From: Octopus vulgaris
Lineage: Eukaryota
Length of the DNA: 64,000 nt
Direction: 5' to 3'
Assembly: GCA_951406725.2 (NCBI GenBank)
Contig: OX597814.1
Coordinates: forward strand, 79,298,001 to 79,362,000
This document shows, piece after piece, positions 12,984 through 24,297 of this stretch (positions within the stretch are counted from its first letter, which is position 1; every line of letters begins with the position of its first letter). The position numbers and the translations under genes are program-made. The notes below the pieces were generated by a model. The model did not search any database. It saw nothing but the letters and a program-made list of their open reading frames with translations, and was not told the DNA's origin.

Positions 12984-14029
12984 AAGCGAGAGAGGGGGGA
13001 GAAAGGGAGATAGAGGTTATATATATATATATATATACACACATATGTACACACACAGATAGAAAGATAGATAAATAAATAGATTGATGATTAACGGAAA
13101 CTCGATGAACACAATTGGCATAAACTTAAATTAAAATTGCCATCTATGTATCATACCTGATTTATATACACTGTTGAAAAATATGATGCTGTCCATGGTT
13201 TATATCTGAGAGAAAATTTGCTCCTCGACATGCTCTGTTAAAAGCCCAATATATATTGGAATGAAACGTTCATTGGCTTAGCAGTGACCCACAAGAAAGC
13301 AAGGCGCATTTCGATCTACTTGGGTATTTGTATATGACGTGTAGCCTCTAACACATGCTTAGACGAAATTAGTCCTCTTCTGAATTTTGGAAACAAGGAA
13401 TAATGTATTCACTGATATTGCAGAAAACCTACTGGGCTGAATAAAAACTCATTCCAATGGCTCCTTGCTGTAAATGCATGGCCAACTGTCGAAGAAATGT
13501 CGTAGATCAGCACTCGATGCAATTTTCAAAATTTTGTCCAATATGTATCTAGTGCCATTATGACGTAGTGTTTTTCAGTTGTGACTGTAGCTGTTGTATC
13601 TACTCTAATAGCCACGATATTTTCTTGGCATTGGATACAGTGTGTCTCTTCTATATTGGAATGGTAATACACTGCTGCGTCTATCGTGCTGTCGCTCATA
13701 GCTCTGCAAACACCGAATTTGAACCGTCTATCTTGACTGTGACTCGAATTCGACTGTAACACGTAACTGACACTTACCTCCAACTGAGAACTCGTACAAC
13801 GACTCTACAACGACTGTCACACAACTCCCGTACTGGCTGACGTCGTCTTACTTTATAGTGGCTCAATCATACCACTTGGGAAGGTTGTACCATTTCCAGT
13901 ACAAGCACACACACCCACACCGTCAGACATACACATACTGAGGTGAGAAAGAGGGGAAGAGATACAGAGAGAAAAAATTGAAAAAGGTAGTAAGAGAGGG
14001 ATAATAAATAGATATTATTCTCACACCTA

Positions 14030-14250
14030 AGCCGATGAGCTATCAGAATCGTTTGTACGCCGGAGAAAATGCTTTATAGCATTTCGTTCGTCTTTATATT
14101 CTGGCTTTAAATTCCGCCGGGGCCGACTTTGCCTTTTATCCTTTTGGAGTCGATAAAGTAAGTACCAGTTGAGCACCGGGGTCCCTGTAATCGACTTACT
14201 CCTGCCTCCGAAATTGCTGGCTTTGTGTCGAAATTTGAACCTAATATTAT
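14030..14250 (+). mobile_element. SINE A, full length
   Basis: Head GAGCT..CAGAATCGTT, TTAAATTCCGCCG.GG.CGACTTTGCCTTT.ATCCTTT.GG.GTCGATAAA.TAAGTACCAGTTGAGCAC.GGGGTC, tail AAATTTGAA.C.AATATTAT. Confidence 0.88.
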
Positions 14251-15199
14251 CTTCAAGACTTTGAGTTTTATCCCAGAATACGCAGACTATACGCCATTAT
14301 TATAGTTTAGTTTGAAAGTGAGACTGTGTTGGTCTCGAAGACTAATAGATTTAAGAATGTTATTGTCCCACGCCAAACATAAAAGACTTATTTGGAAATA
14401 TGAAAAATCCTTAATAAAATGATCAACTTTAAACATAGTCATATTTTTAATGGGAGAGGCAAGTTATATCTTAATTACACAAATACAAACTTACATGATA
14501 AAACAGCAAAAAAAAAAAAAAGAAATATTTTACAAAAGATTTACAGTAAAAAGCTGACTGAACGGCAAATAGACACAGTGGTTCTGGAAATAGAAAAATT
14601 ACCCGCAATATTCCTCGGCAAAAAAAAAAAAGAAGACATTGTAAGTGCAGTAGCTAATGGAAGATTACTTGAAAAGATTTTCTCAGCTATTGAGGACATT
14701 CAGCCTTCGCTCGCACGATGTATAAAGAACAATAAATTGGGATACATAGAATCTTAATATACTCTGGAATGGTAGAGTATTGCTGCCTACAAATGATGAG
14801 GAATTTCTTAATCTCTCACAAGGAAAGGCACTCTTGAATTTGGGAACCACCTTCCACCTCAAACAGAAATACTACAAAAATATATAGATAAAGGTTGAAC
14901 ATGAATTACTATATCAGTCCTTTGAGACCCTTAGTTGTAAAAGTATTATAAAAATTGTGGAAGACTTATTTGTGTGAAGCTAATAAGCAACAACAGTAAC
15001 ACAACAAAAATCATACTTAATATGAACTTCAAGCTAGCCATAAAAGAACTGAAAAAAATAACGAGAATATTGTATTGATAAAAATGATAATAGCTGTCAT
15101 TGTGGATAAGGACTAACATAACATGAAAATAACAAATTCATAGCCCAGATAACACCGTTCAGATTAAAATTAACTGAGTTTATTTCTGCTGCTAACGCT

Positions 15200-15695
15200 C
15201 AAATACTGCATTCTTTTAGTGGCCTTATTCATGCCAGTCACCAATTTGGTACCTTCTCCGACCTGCTTGGTAGGTTTTATGGGCAAAACCAAGCGGCAGG
15301 AGAGCGGCAGGCAGATGACAAACAAGATGGCAGAAACGTTAGCACACTGGGCGAAATGCTTAGCGGTATTTTGTCTGCCGCTACGTTCTGAGTTCAAATT
15401 CCGTCACGGTCGACTTTGCCTTTCATCCTTTCGGGATCGATCAAATAAGTACCAGTTACACACTGGGGATCTATGTAATCGACTTAATCCGTTTGTCTGC
15501 CTTTGTTTGTTCCGTCTGTGTGTAGCCACTCGTGGGCAGTAAAGAAATAAGATGGTTGGATAACCATCCATGGGCTCGGTTGATCCCGCTTGGGGATCCT
15601 GTCGAATCAATTGGAGACGGTTGCTTCTGACAGCACCCAATGGAAAGTGTGCTTGAGGTCTCTTCCTCCATGGCCTTCAGAACATGTAGGCAAAG
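15200..15695 (+). mobile_element. RTE-clade LINE 3' fragment (split by SINE A')
   Basis: Removing the SINE rejoins ..GRRAAGR*QTRWLDN../GWSRLG-like..LETVASDSTQWKVCLRSLPP; homologous to the minus-strand RTE piece at 25895-26285. Confidence 0.65.
15325..15548 (+). mobile_element. SINE A' (A head and core with alternative tail), TSD AAGATGG
   Basis: A core followed by AATCCGTTTGTCTG.CTTTGTTTG...TGTGTGTAGCC.CT.GTGGGCAGTAAAGAAATAAG; AAGATGG at 15324-15330 and 15549-15555. Confidence 0.9.
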
Positions 15696-16631
15696 AAAAT
15701 TAGATGAGATGAAAGTTAAAATAGGACGTATCTCCTATAAGCCAGCGTACATTTGTGTTACTATTAAGGCATACAAACCCCATAACCCGCTGCGACCCAT
15801 AATCTAACATATCAATACACGCATGCATAGATTCGCGAAAGGACCTGACAACATCATAAAGAAGTATAAACAGATGGTTACGGCATACATTTATCTGATG
15901 AATTTCTTGAAATTCTTTAAGAATGTGTCCAAGATGTACATTCAGCTAACAAAATTTGCAAGTCATTTTTGATTTCCCCTTGGACTTCACCCTTCGACGA
16001 AACGAAAAAGTGGACATCACTTAATTTCATTCGTCATATTCTTCAAATTGGTCTTCTCATTCTTTAAACCAAGTATAGACAAACTACAGCCAAAAAGCAC
16101 ACCTCACGAAAATTGCCTTGGATTCTTTTTCAAGTGGAAATCGAAATTGATTTGCAAACTTTGTTAACTGAAAGTATATCATTGATGGATTTTTGCAGAA
16201 TTTCAAGAAATTCGTCAGATGAATTTATGCTGTAACTCTTGTCACCAACGACGTCATATATCTTTTAACCAACATACCGATAATAGAAACTATAACTGTA
16301 ATATTGGAAAATGTGCACGCACATCATGCTATAAAACCACCTGCTATACCTAGTTTTCAAGTTATCTCAAGAATCAGTGTTATACAGTGTAACAAGGTTT
16401 GACTGGACCCTTGAATTATATTTTATAGACTTTGACGCACTATTGTTACTTACAAGCACTGGGTGGATCGGAGAAAATATGCCATACAGTGGGATCGAAC
16501 CTAGACCTGTAAAATGTGAGACGAACTTTTTAACAACTCGGCTACATCTGCGAGCAAGCGTATGTGTGAAAAAAAGGAGGAAAAAAGGAGACTGAGTGTT
16601 CATTTCTACTTAAAAATACAAAGACAGAAAG

Positions 16632-16686
<55 letters not shown>

Positions 16687-16949
16687 GGGAAGATGGGGAG
16701 AGTTAGAGAGAGAGGGAGAGAGATTGAAGGGAGAGTTAGAGAGAGAGGGAAAAAGAGAGATAAAGAGAGAGATAAGGAGAGAGAGATAAAAACGAAGAGA
16801 GATAAAGAAAGAGAGAAAAGGAGAGAGAAAGAAAGAATGAATGAAAAACGAAAGAAAGAAAGAGGGAGAGAGAGATGGAGAAATAAGTACGTAATACAGG
16901 GACAGAAAGAGATTGGCTGTCAGATAAACAATGTAAAATGTCTTTAAAG

Positions 16950-17079
16950 CAGGTATGGGCTAGCTTTTTCAAGAAACGGGTTACATGAGACATGGCGAAG
17001 TGTATTTAAAAAATGCAAGGCAATTTTTGTGAGGCATGTCGTTCAGAAAGTCTCACGGGCCGCAGTTTGCCCATACCTG
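16950..17079. mobile_element. hAT-type MITE
   Basis: Perfect 11-bp TIR CAGGTATGGGC / GCCCATACCTG; 8-bp TSD CTTTAAAG / GTTTAAAG. Confidence 0.85.
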
Positions 17080-17194
17080 GTTTAAAGAATAAGAAGTCCA
17101 ATTTGAAGAATATGATGAATGAAATTCGGTGTTGTCCACCTTTTCGTTTCGTCGACGAGTGAACTTTAAGTGAAAGTTAAGTTAACTGAAAGTA

Positions 17195-17326
17195 CTGTAA
17201 TGCCTCGGTATACGAATTAATTTGTTCCCGGAGAACGCTCGTAAAGCAAAAACATCGTAAACAGAAAATAAAACTAATAAAGCCTGGGTCCCGTAAAACG
17301 GGTCCTCGTAAAGTGAGGTATTACTG
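17195..17326. mobile_element. pogo/Tigger-type (Tc1/mariner superfamily) MITE
   Basis: TA-flanked imperfect TIRs CTGTAATGCCTCGGTATACGA / TCGTAAAGTGAGGTATTACTG. Confidence 0.75.
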
Positions 17327-18559
17327 TATATCTTTTGCATTAAATCATGATCGTAATATCTAATAATGTCAGGGAAGTGACATATTTGTGGAAGGGATAT
17401 TCAATTAAATTATTCCCGGTACGTATTCTGCGAACCCAAGAACGATTAAAGGAAAAAATTGAACTTAGCGGGATAGCTATATACAGAAAGTGATTTTGCT
17501 ATTCAACGGCCTCTCTAAAGATTGTTAAAGAATATTTATGTACATAGGAAGGCCGTTCAGCGAATAAGAATACATGTATTGCTGTTTAAATAATTAAACT
17601 ATCAATTGGTTTGTCAAAGTCCTTCACAACACTTCTGTGACCTTTTCATTGACTTGTCTCGTTAGTACTAGCACCGTAATACTACCTTAAAATGTAAGAA
17701 CAAAATTATTATATATTATATAGTTATAGCAGCGAAAGTCCACGGACTTAATGACAGAGGTATAGTTAATGTAATCGATGCCAAGTATTTGATCATTTCT
17801 TATTTTATCTATCGATCAAAAGAATAAAAAGGCAAAATTGTGTATGGCGGGATTTGAAATCACAACATAAAGCCGCAATATTCAACATCTATTCTAAAAG
17901 CGTTTCTAATGGCCCCCAACAAAAATTCTGTCATACACTTCTCAAATAGGAATATATAATATAGTGGAAAGAAGAAAATTAAGAAAAAAAATTTAGAAGT
18001 TGCACATATACAAAGACGTAGTGAAGATTAGTGTGAAATAGATAAACAGAAACGTAGAACCATGTATGAGACGCACATTCACAAGCTCAGAATGTGTGTA
18101 CGGTACGTGTTGGAAAGATGTCATGGCTATTATGTCGATGAGATTTGTTATTGCGATTATTCTGCATATTTTAAAGTAAGTTTATTGACATACCACTTCA
18201 AAACGAGGCTTTTAAAAACTATAATATTATTGTCAGTTTTGAAAACGTTTAAAGCATCACGTTTATACGCGTACGTGTATTCCTATATGCAAATACATTA
18301 TTTATAATTATGCGTATGTAGATTTGTGTAGATAGTGTTTAACCGCGTATGAACACATTACTAAAAATATGCACATATATATTGTAGTGTATGCGCGCGC
18401 GCGCGTGTGTATGCACGTACATACACAAAAATACATACATGAATACGTAGATATATATATGCGTATATACATGTGTATGCGTCTACGTGCAAGTGTGAAT
18501 ATGTATATAAGAAAGTAATTTCTTGACATACCAATCAATCTGCAGAGCAACAGCCTAGT

Positions 18560-18569
18560 TATTAATCTA

Positions 18570-18636
<67 letters not shown>

Positions 18637-19030
18637 CATACATATATACATATATATACACACACACAGACATACGGACAGAGAGAAAGAGAGAAGGTGC
18701 TACAAAATTATATAGAAATGAATATGCATATGTGTGTGTGTGTGTAAAATAGCCAATATATATAGGCTATGAGTGGAAATGGGTGTTATACATACATGAA
18801 TACATAAATGCGTACATACATGCATACATACATACATACATACATACATACATACGTATATATATGCATACATACATACATACATACATACACACATACA
18901 TACATGCATACATACATACATACATACATACATACATACATACATACATACATACATACATACATACATACATACATACGTGCTTATTTATGTGCGGGTA
19001 TGTGTGAGTATATATATATATATATACATT
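18560..19030. repeat. (TA)n and (TACA)n microsatellites
   Basis: Directly visible. Confidence 0.95.
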
Positions 19031-19465
19031 TACATATTTAGTTGGATTGAAAATGAAAAGTAGCCAAGCAGAGGCCTTATTTCCGAGGGAGGGTTGGAAG
19101 TTGTTGATAATAAAAACATAATAAATAAATAAATATTAAAAATAAAATGCAATAAAATAAGAATGTAAGAAAAGATGGAAAACTGTATGACTCGAGAGAA
19201 TGTGATCAATAAAGAAAACGGACATTTTGACAATCTAGTAGATGTGTATCTAATATCGTCATTAGCGCCATCTATAGTTTTAATATTTTTATGGAAGCGA
19301 TTACGATCTTGCGTTGGTATTGTTAGCACCGTCTCCATAACTATTATTAAATTTCGTTACTATCACTTACAGAATGTGGTCCTGCTGTTCATTGAAAATG
19401 GCGCAATGATCACTAATGGAAGAATATATAGTGTGCTCCACTCTCTTTCTTTCACGTTCTTCTGT

Positions 19466-19498
<33 letters not shown>

Positions 19499-19634
19499 GT
19501 CTTTCTTTGTCCCTCTGTGTCTCTATTTCTATCTCTATTACCTCACACATACGCATATACATACATGTGTGTGTATGCATATGTATGTATAAAATATATA
19601 TACATGCATATATATATATATATATATCTACACA

Positions 19635-19699
<65 letters not shown>

Positions 19700-19845
19700 C
19701 TACGTGTTCATACACATTAAAACAGATACTTTCATGCGTGTATATATACGTACGTACGTACGTACCTACCTACCTACCTACATACATACATACATACCTA
19801 TACATATATATACCCACATACATACATCATATATATTTATATCAG

Positions 19846-19922
<77 letters not shown>

Positions 19923-20082
19923 TTCGTTGTTTATATAAAGAAGTGAATATATGATATGCATGTATGTATTTATCGATACACGCATACACACCTGCTTACA
20001 TACCCATGCAAGCAATCACAATATATACATATATGCATGCATACACGCATAAACGCACACACACATACATATGCATACGTAA

Positions 20083-20197
20083 GCGTGGCTGTGTGGTAAG
20101 AAACTTGCTTCTCAACCACATGGTTCCCGGTTCAGTCTCACTGTGTGGCACCTTTGGCCAGTGTCTTCTCCTAGACGGGAACTGAAAGAAGCCCGTC

Positions 20198-20230
<33 letters not shown>
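20083..20230 (+). mobile_element. SINE B 5' half (tRNA head plus CORE-like block) ending in its internal (TA)n
   Basis: GTGGCTGTGTGGTAAGAA.CTTGCTT..CAACCACATGGTTCC.GGTTCAGTC.CACTG.GTGGCACCTT.GGC.AGTGTCTTCT...GACGG.AACTGAAAGAAGCCCGTCGTATA. Confidence 0.88.
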
Positions 20231-20231
<1 letters not shown>

Positions 20232-20395
20232 TTGTTTCTCTCCTTGTTTTTTTTCTGTGTACCTTTCTGTAGAAGAGCGTAGGCTCGAAACGTAAAAGAC
20301 TTGTTCTATTCCTGAGCGCCATACTAATGCATCTGTTTGTTTTGTACGCCACCTGTCTTAGTCTTTTGTTTTTTTTTTCGTAAACTTTCCAAATA
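20230..20395 (+). mobile_element. short PLE-terminal-like repeat with hammerhead-like motif
   Basis: CTTT-CTGTAGAA-GAGC GTAG GCTC-GAAA-CGTA-AAAG; a second partial copy lies at 33121-33245; flanked by (TA)n. Confidence 0.55.
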
Positions 20396-20415
20396 TATAT
20401 ATATATATATATATA

Positions 20416-20804
20416 CTACCAGTATCGCCCGGCGTTGCTCGGGTTTGTTTCGACCCGCTAGAATTGGAATTTTTGGAAAGTAAAAATTTTGCATTATGTT
20501 GCTTGTTATTCTCTTCAAGTGAACATTTTTCTGGTTGAAATACACCGAAAAGTGGAGACACAGCAGTGAAAAAATCGTAAAAAATAAGGATTTTCATAGA
20601 AAAAAGCACGTTTTTGATGTAGATAATTTTTGGTGTTAACATGGTCCGATTTGAATTTTATCTTCTACGGAAGGAAGAGCAATCCTTCTCCTATCATACT
20701 CTCAATTTTGATCAACTTGCGCCGCAAGGTTTCGGAGGAGATAGTGTTAGTTGAAGTATACCAAACCTACCGCACACAGACAACTTCAGCTTTATATAGA
20801 GAGA
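20416..20804 (-). mobile_element. non-autonomous Helitron 1
   Basis: Minus strand starts A|TCTCTCTATATAAAG and ends CCCGAGCAACGCCGGG hairpin + CGATACTGGTAG|T (CTAG variant); A|T insertion site, no TSD. Confidence 0.8.
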
Positions 20805-21033
20805 TAACACACACATTAATACACATACATAAACACACACACACACACATGTATGTATATATAGATGTATGTATGTATATATGTACATCTATCCACTTCT
20901 TGCCATATTTTTATCCTTCACTTCCTACACACACACACACGCGCACGCACGCACACATACACACACACACCTTCTTAGCTTACAATATCTTTCTTTCAAC
21001 AATTGACAACTGAAGTACGCTTGCCAATGAATA

Positions 21034-21443
21034 CTACCAAAAGTTAGCGACAGATCTCTGTTGCCCTTTTGTTTTGAAGATTGGTTTAAGCATTAATAAG
21101 AGAAAGTAGCAGAATGTGGGATGTCGAATAAGAGTTGCAGAAAGAGGATATGATAGTGGTATACACTTGCAAAGAGAAAGTAGGAGAAAGTGTGGTAATA
21201 ACAGGAGTAAAGCATTTGAAATGATAGAGGCAAATCGCAAAATATTGAGTTTTCTCGAATTTTTGCTTAATTGGGGGTGAAATTGAAAAAAATGTATATG
21301 CCATGACCCAATCGAATCTACTTCGAAAAATCATAGGTAAATTCCAATTGAAGAAATTCTATATTGTACAATTGTATTAAAAACAAACTATGTCAGAGGC
21401 AGAGAAAATCTGCCTTTTATCATAAGACATAAGAGATAAGAGA
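21034..21443 (-). mobile_element. non-autonomous Helitron 2 (different family)
   Basis: Minus strand starts A|TCTCTTAT..ATAAAAGGCAG and ends GCAACAG AGAT CTGTCGC hairpin + TAACTTTTGGTAG|T. Confidence 0.6.
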
Positions 21444-21504
21444 TATATATGTATATATGTATGTATGTATGCATGTAGGTATATGCATGTATATGTTTAT
21501 GTGA

Positions 21505-21632
21505 GTGTGTGAGACCGATAGAGTAAGTACTAGGCTTACAAAGAATAAGTCCTGGCGTCGATTTCTGCGGCCATGCTGGTGGTGCTCCAGCATGGCCGCA
21601 GTGAAATGACTGGAACAAGTAAAAGAATAAAT
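21505..21632 (+). mobile_element. SINE B 3' tail (probable continuation of the head at 20083)
   Basis: GAGACCGATAGA.TAAGTACTAGGCTTACAAAGAATAAGTCCTGG.GTCGATT...GTGCTCCAGCATGGCCGCAG..AAATGACTG.AACAAGTAAAAGAATAAA. Confidence 0.85.
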
Positions 21633-21740
21633 ACATAAATGATTAAAGAAAAGAAGCGCATACATACATACATACATACATACATACATACATACATACA
21701 TACATACATAGTGTATAATTTGCCTGTATTATAGAAATAG

Positions 21741-22136
21741 CTAGCAGTATCGCCCGGCGTTGCTCGGATTTGTAAGGGAAATAACTATATAAGCATTTTT
21801 AGAGAGTTATAGCCAAGAAATAGCAAAAAAATGCATTAAAAATGAAAAAAAATTATGGTAAATTTTTTTAAAATCGTTGACTCATCGTAGTCAGTTTTAG
21901 ATAGTTACTTCCCTTATATAATAGCGAAAAAATGCATTAAAATGGAAAAAAATGATGGTAAATTTAAACAAAAATCATAGACTCATCGTAGACAGGCGCT
22001 AATATCCAGAAGGGCTCGATATGAATCACGACTATAAAATACCCGGTTTTTGTTAAACTGCACCGCAAAATGTGGGAGTAGTTAGGAATCTAAATCGTAG
22101 GAGACAGACACACAACTTCACTTTTATATATAAAGA
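21741..22136 (-). mobile_element. non-autonomous Helitron 3
   Basis: Minus strand starts A|TCTTTATATATAAAAGTGAAGTTGTGTGTCTGTC and ends CCGAGCAACGCCGGGCGATACTGCTAG; same termini as Helitron 1 but different interior with an approx. 100-bp internal tandem duplication. Confidence 0.82.
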
Positions 22137-22569
22137 TATTTGGTGTGTAAGCGGTATGATTATGTTTGTAGTGATAGCGCTGGTGATGCCAACATAGATG
22201 GTGGAGTGACTGTTTTTTAAATTTCTAATTCTTTGCTCTGGTGTTCTTCCTTGTAATTGGGCGTAGTAATTACATCGGGGTTCGCTGCTTGTGTGGTGGC
22301 CCTGTGCAATGTTAATACTAGCAATAATGTTATGGTGTTGCTTGATTATATGTAGCACTGGCGAAATAGCATTACTGTTGTTTATGTTAAACACTAGATC
22401 AGCCATGAGTAGACATTTTAATCAAAAGCGTTCCAACGGCGACCATTCCATGTTGATCTCTGAAATTGTACATATATATATATATATAAATGTACATACA
22501 TAGATACATACATACATACATACATACATACATACATACATACATACATACATAAGTATGCTTGTATGT

Positions 22570-22905
22570 ATTATTCTGTTATTCTTTTATTCTTTTGCAT
22601 GTTTCAGTCATTTAACTGTGGCCATGTTGGATCACCGCTTTGAAAGATTTTAGTCGAACGAATTGAACCCAGCACTTTTTAAAGCCTACTACTTATTCTA
22701 TCGGAATCTTTTTGCTAAACCACTAAGTTATGGGGACGTAAACAAACCAACACCGGTTGTCAAGTGGTGTTGGGGGACAAACACAGACATACAGACACAC
22801 ACACTCACATACGACGGGCTTCTTTCAGTTTACGTCCACCAAATTTCTTTGCCCACAAGGGGCTAAACATAGAGGGGACAAACAAGGACAGACAAAAGGA
22901 TTACT
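22570..22905 (-). mobile_element. SINE B (5'-truncated) abutting an isolated SINE A' tail (22845-22905)
   Basis: B tail and body at 22570-22843, then TTTCTTTGCCCACAAGGGGCTAAACATAGAGGGGACAAACAAGGACAGACAAA.GGATTA. Confidence 0.8.
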
Positions 22906-23002
22906 ACACAACCACACCTGCGCCTGTGCGTGTGTTTGTGTTTATGTGTGTGTGTTTATGTGTGTGAGTGAGTGTGTGTGTATGTGTGTGTGTGTGTGTA
23001 TA

Positions 23003-23295
23003 ATGAAGGCGCGTAACCGAGTTGTCTGTGTTGCACTCTCAATCACAAGTTCGTAGTTTCGATTTCCAGACCGTTGATGTGTTGTACTCTTGAGCAAGAC
23101 ACTTCATTTTACGTTGCTCCAGTTCACCCAACTGTAAATGGGTAACCCTATGACGGACAGGCATGCCGTTCAGGGTGTATGTTAGCCTGCCTGCCAAGCC
23201 AGCAGGGTGGCATCATTCGAGCGCCACGACAATGCAAAGAAGCGTGTTGGTGATTAACGGTGGATAACATCTGATAGCCTCGTCGATATAGTGAG
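23003..23295 (+). mobile_element. SINE family C (tRNA head plus CORE-like block), tail variant 1
   Basis: GAAGGCGC...GTTGCACTC.CAATC..AAG.TCGT.GTTTCGATT.CC.GACCG...CTTGAGCAAGACACTTCATTT.ACGTTGCTCCAGTTCAC.CA.CTGTAAATGGGTAACCCT..GACGGAC.GGCAT.CCGT.CAGGG. Confidence 0.8.
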
Positions 23296-23439
23296 ACAAT
23301 GACAGTGATATGTACACCTACACACTTGCATACATACATACATACATACATACATACATACATACATAAATACATACATACATATATGTGTGTGTGCTTG
23401 TGTTTATATATATATATATCACACACACACATATATATA

Positions 23440-23772
23440 AAGGGTAAAGACCCCCTTCATTCATGTACCACAGGGTTGCACCTAGAAATTTACCTTCCGA
23501 GACACAAGTCCGAGCAAATTTGTTTATGGAAGACTAGCAGTTAACCATGCTTACCAGCCTCCCCTCTCTATGCCAAAGTTTTCCAAGGGAAAGGCAAAGG
23601 CCGATACAGCTTAGCACCAGTGATGTCGCAACTCATTTCTACAGCTGAGTGAACTGGAGCAACGTGAAATAAAATGTCTTGCTCAAGAACGCAACGTATA
23701 TCCTGGTCCAAGAATCGAACTCACTACTTCATGATTTTGAGTCCGACGCTCTAACCACTGACACATGCACCT
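23440..23772 (-). mobile_element. SINE C, tail variant 2
   Basis: Reverse complement of the C head and CORE (CAGCTGAGTGAACTGGAGCAACGTGAAAT.AA.TGTCTTGCTCAAGAAC) with a long tail also seen at 61110-61370. Confidence 0.85.
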
Positions 23773-23945
23773 ACATATGCACACACACACACATACACAT
23801 GCATATATATATGTGTCTGTCTTCGGTTTAATGTTTGGTCCCCACCACCGCTTGACAAGCTGTTTACGTCCCCGGAATTCAGAGGCCCAGCAAAAGAGAC
23901 TGAAAGTTGAACGCTTTTACTGAAACAGTTAAAAACAAAAATAAC

Positions 23946-23980
23946 ATCCATCCATCCATCTATTCATCCATCCATCCATC

Positions 23981-24041
<61 letters not shown>

Positions 24042-24062
24042 CATCCATCCATCCACCCATCC

Positions 24063-24125
<63 letters not shown>

Positions 24126-24206
24126 CATTTATCCATCCATCTATCTATCCCTCTATCCATCCATCCATCCATCCATCCATCCATCCATCTATCCATCTAT
24201 CCATCC

Positions 24207-24296
<90 letters not shown>

Positions 24297-24297
24297 A
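23946..24297. repeat. (TCCA)n/(TCTA)n tetranucleotide array
   Basis: Directly visible. Confidence 0.95.

Larger units (their letters stand above)
14330..15920 (+). mobile_element. degenerate Penelope-like element (ORF N-terminus to early RT), interrupted by RTE and SINE insertions
   Basis: IWKYEKSL../FKHSHIFN..LYLNYTNTNLHD; FKLAIKELKK..DK..; after the insert PAYICVTIKAYKPHNPLRPII*..FAKGPDNIIKKY = PLE-type K.HK...PLRPIIS RT motif. Confidence 0.7.

Noticed and set aside
13560-13905. Possible solo LTR (TG..CA, minus-strand TATA-like)
   Set aside because: No second copy, PBS/PPT or clear TSD visible
19263-19278. CTCF-like motif TAGCGCCATCTATAG; also the CRE palindrome TGATGACGTCATCA near 44129
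   Set aside because: Single short motifs are expected by chance in 64 kb and have no supporting context
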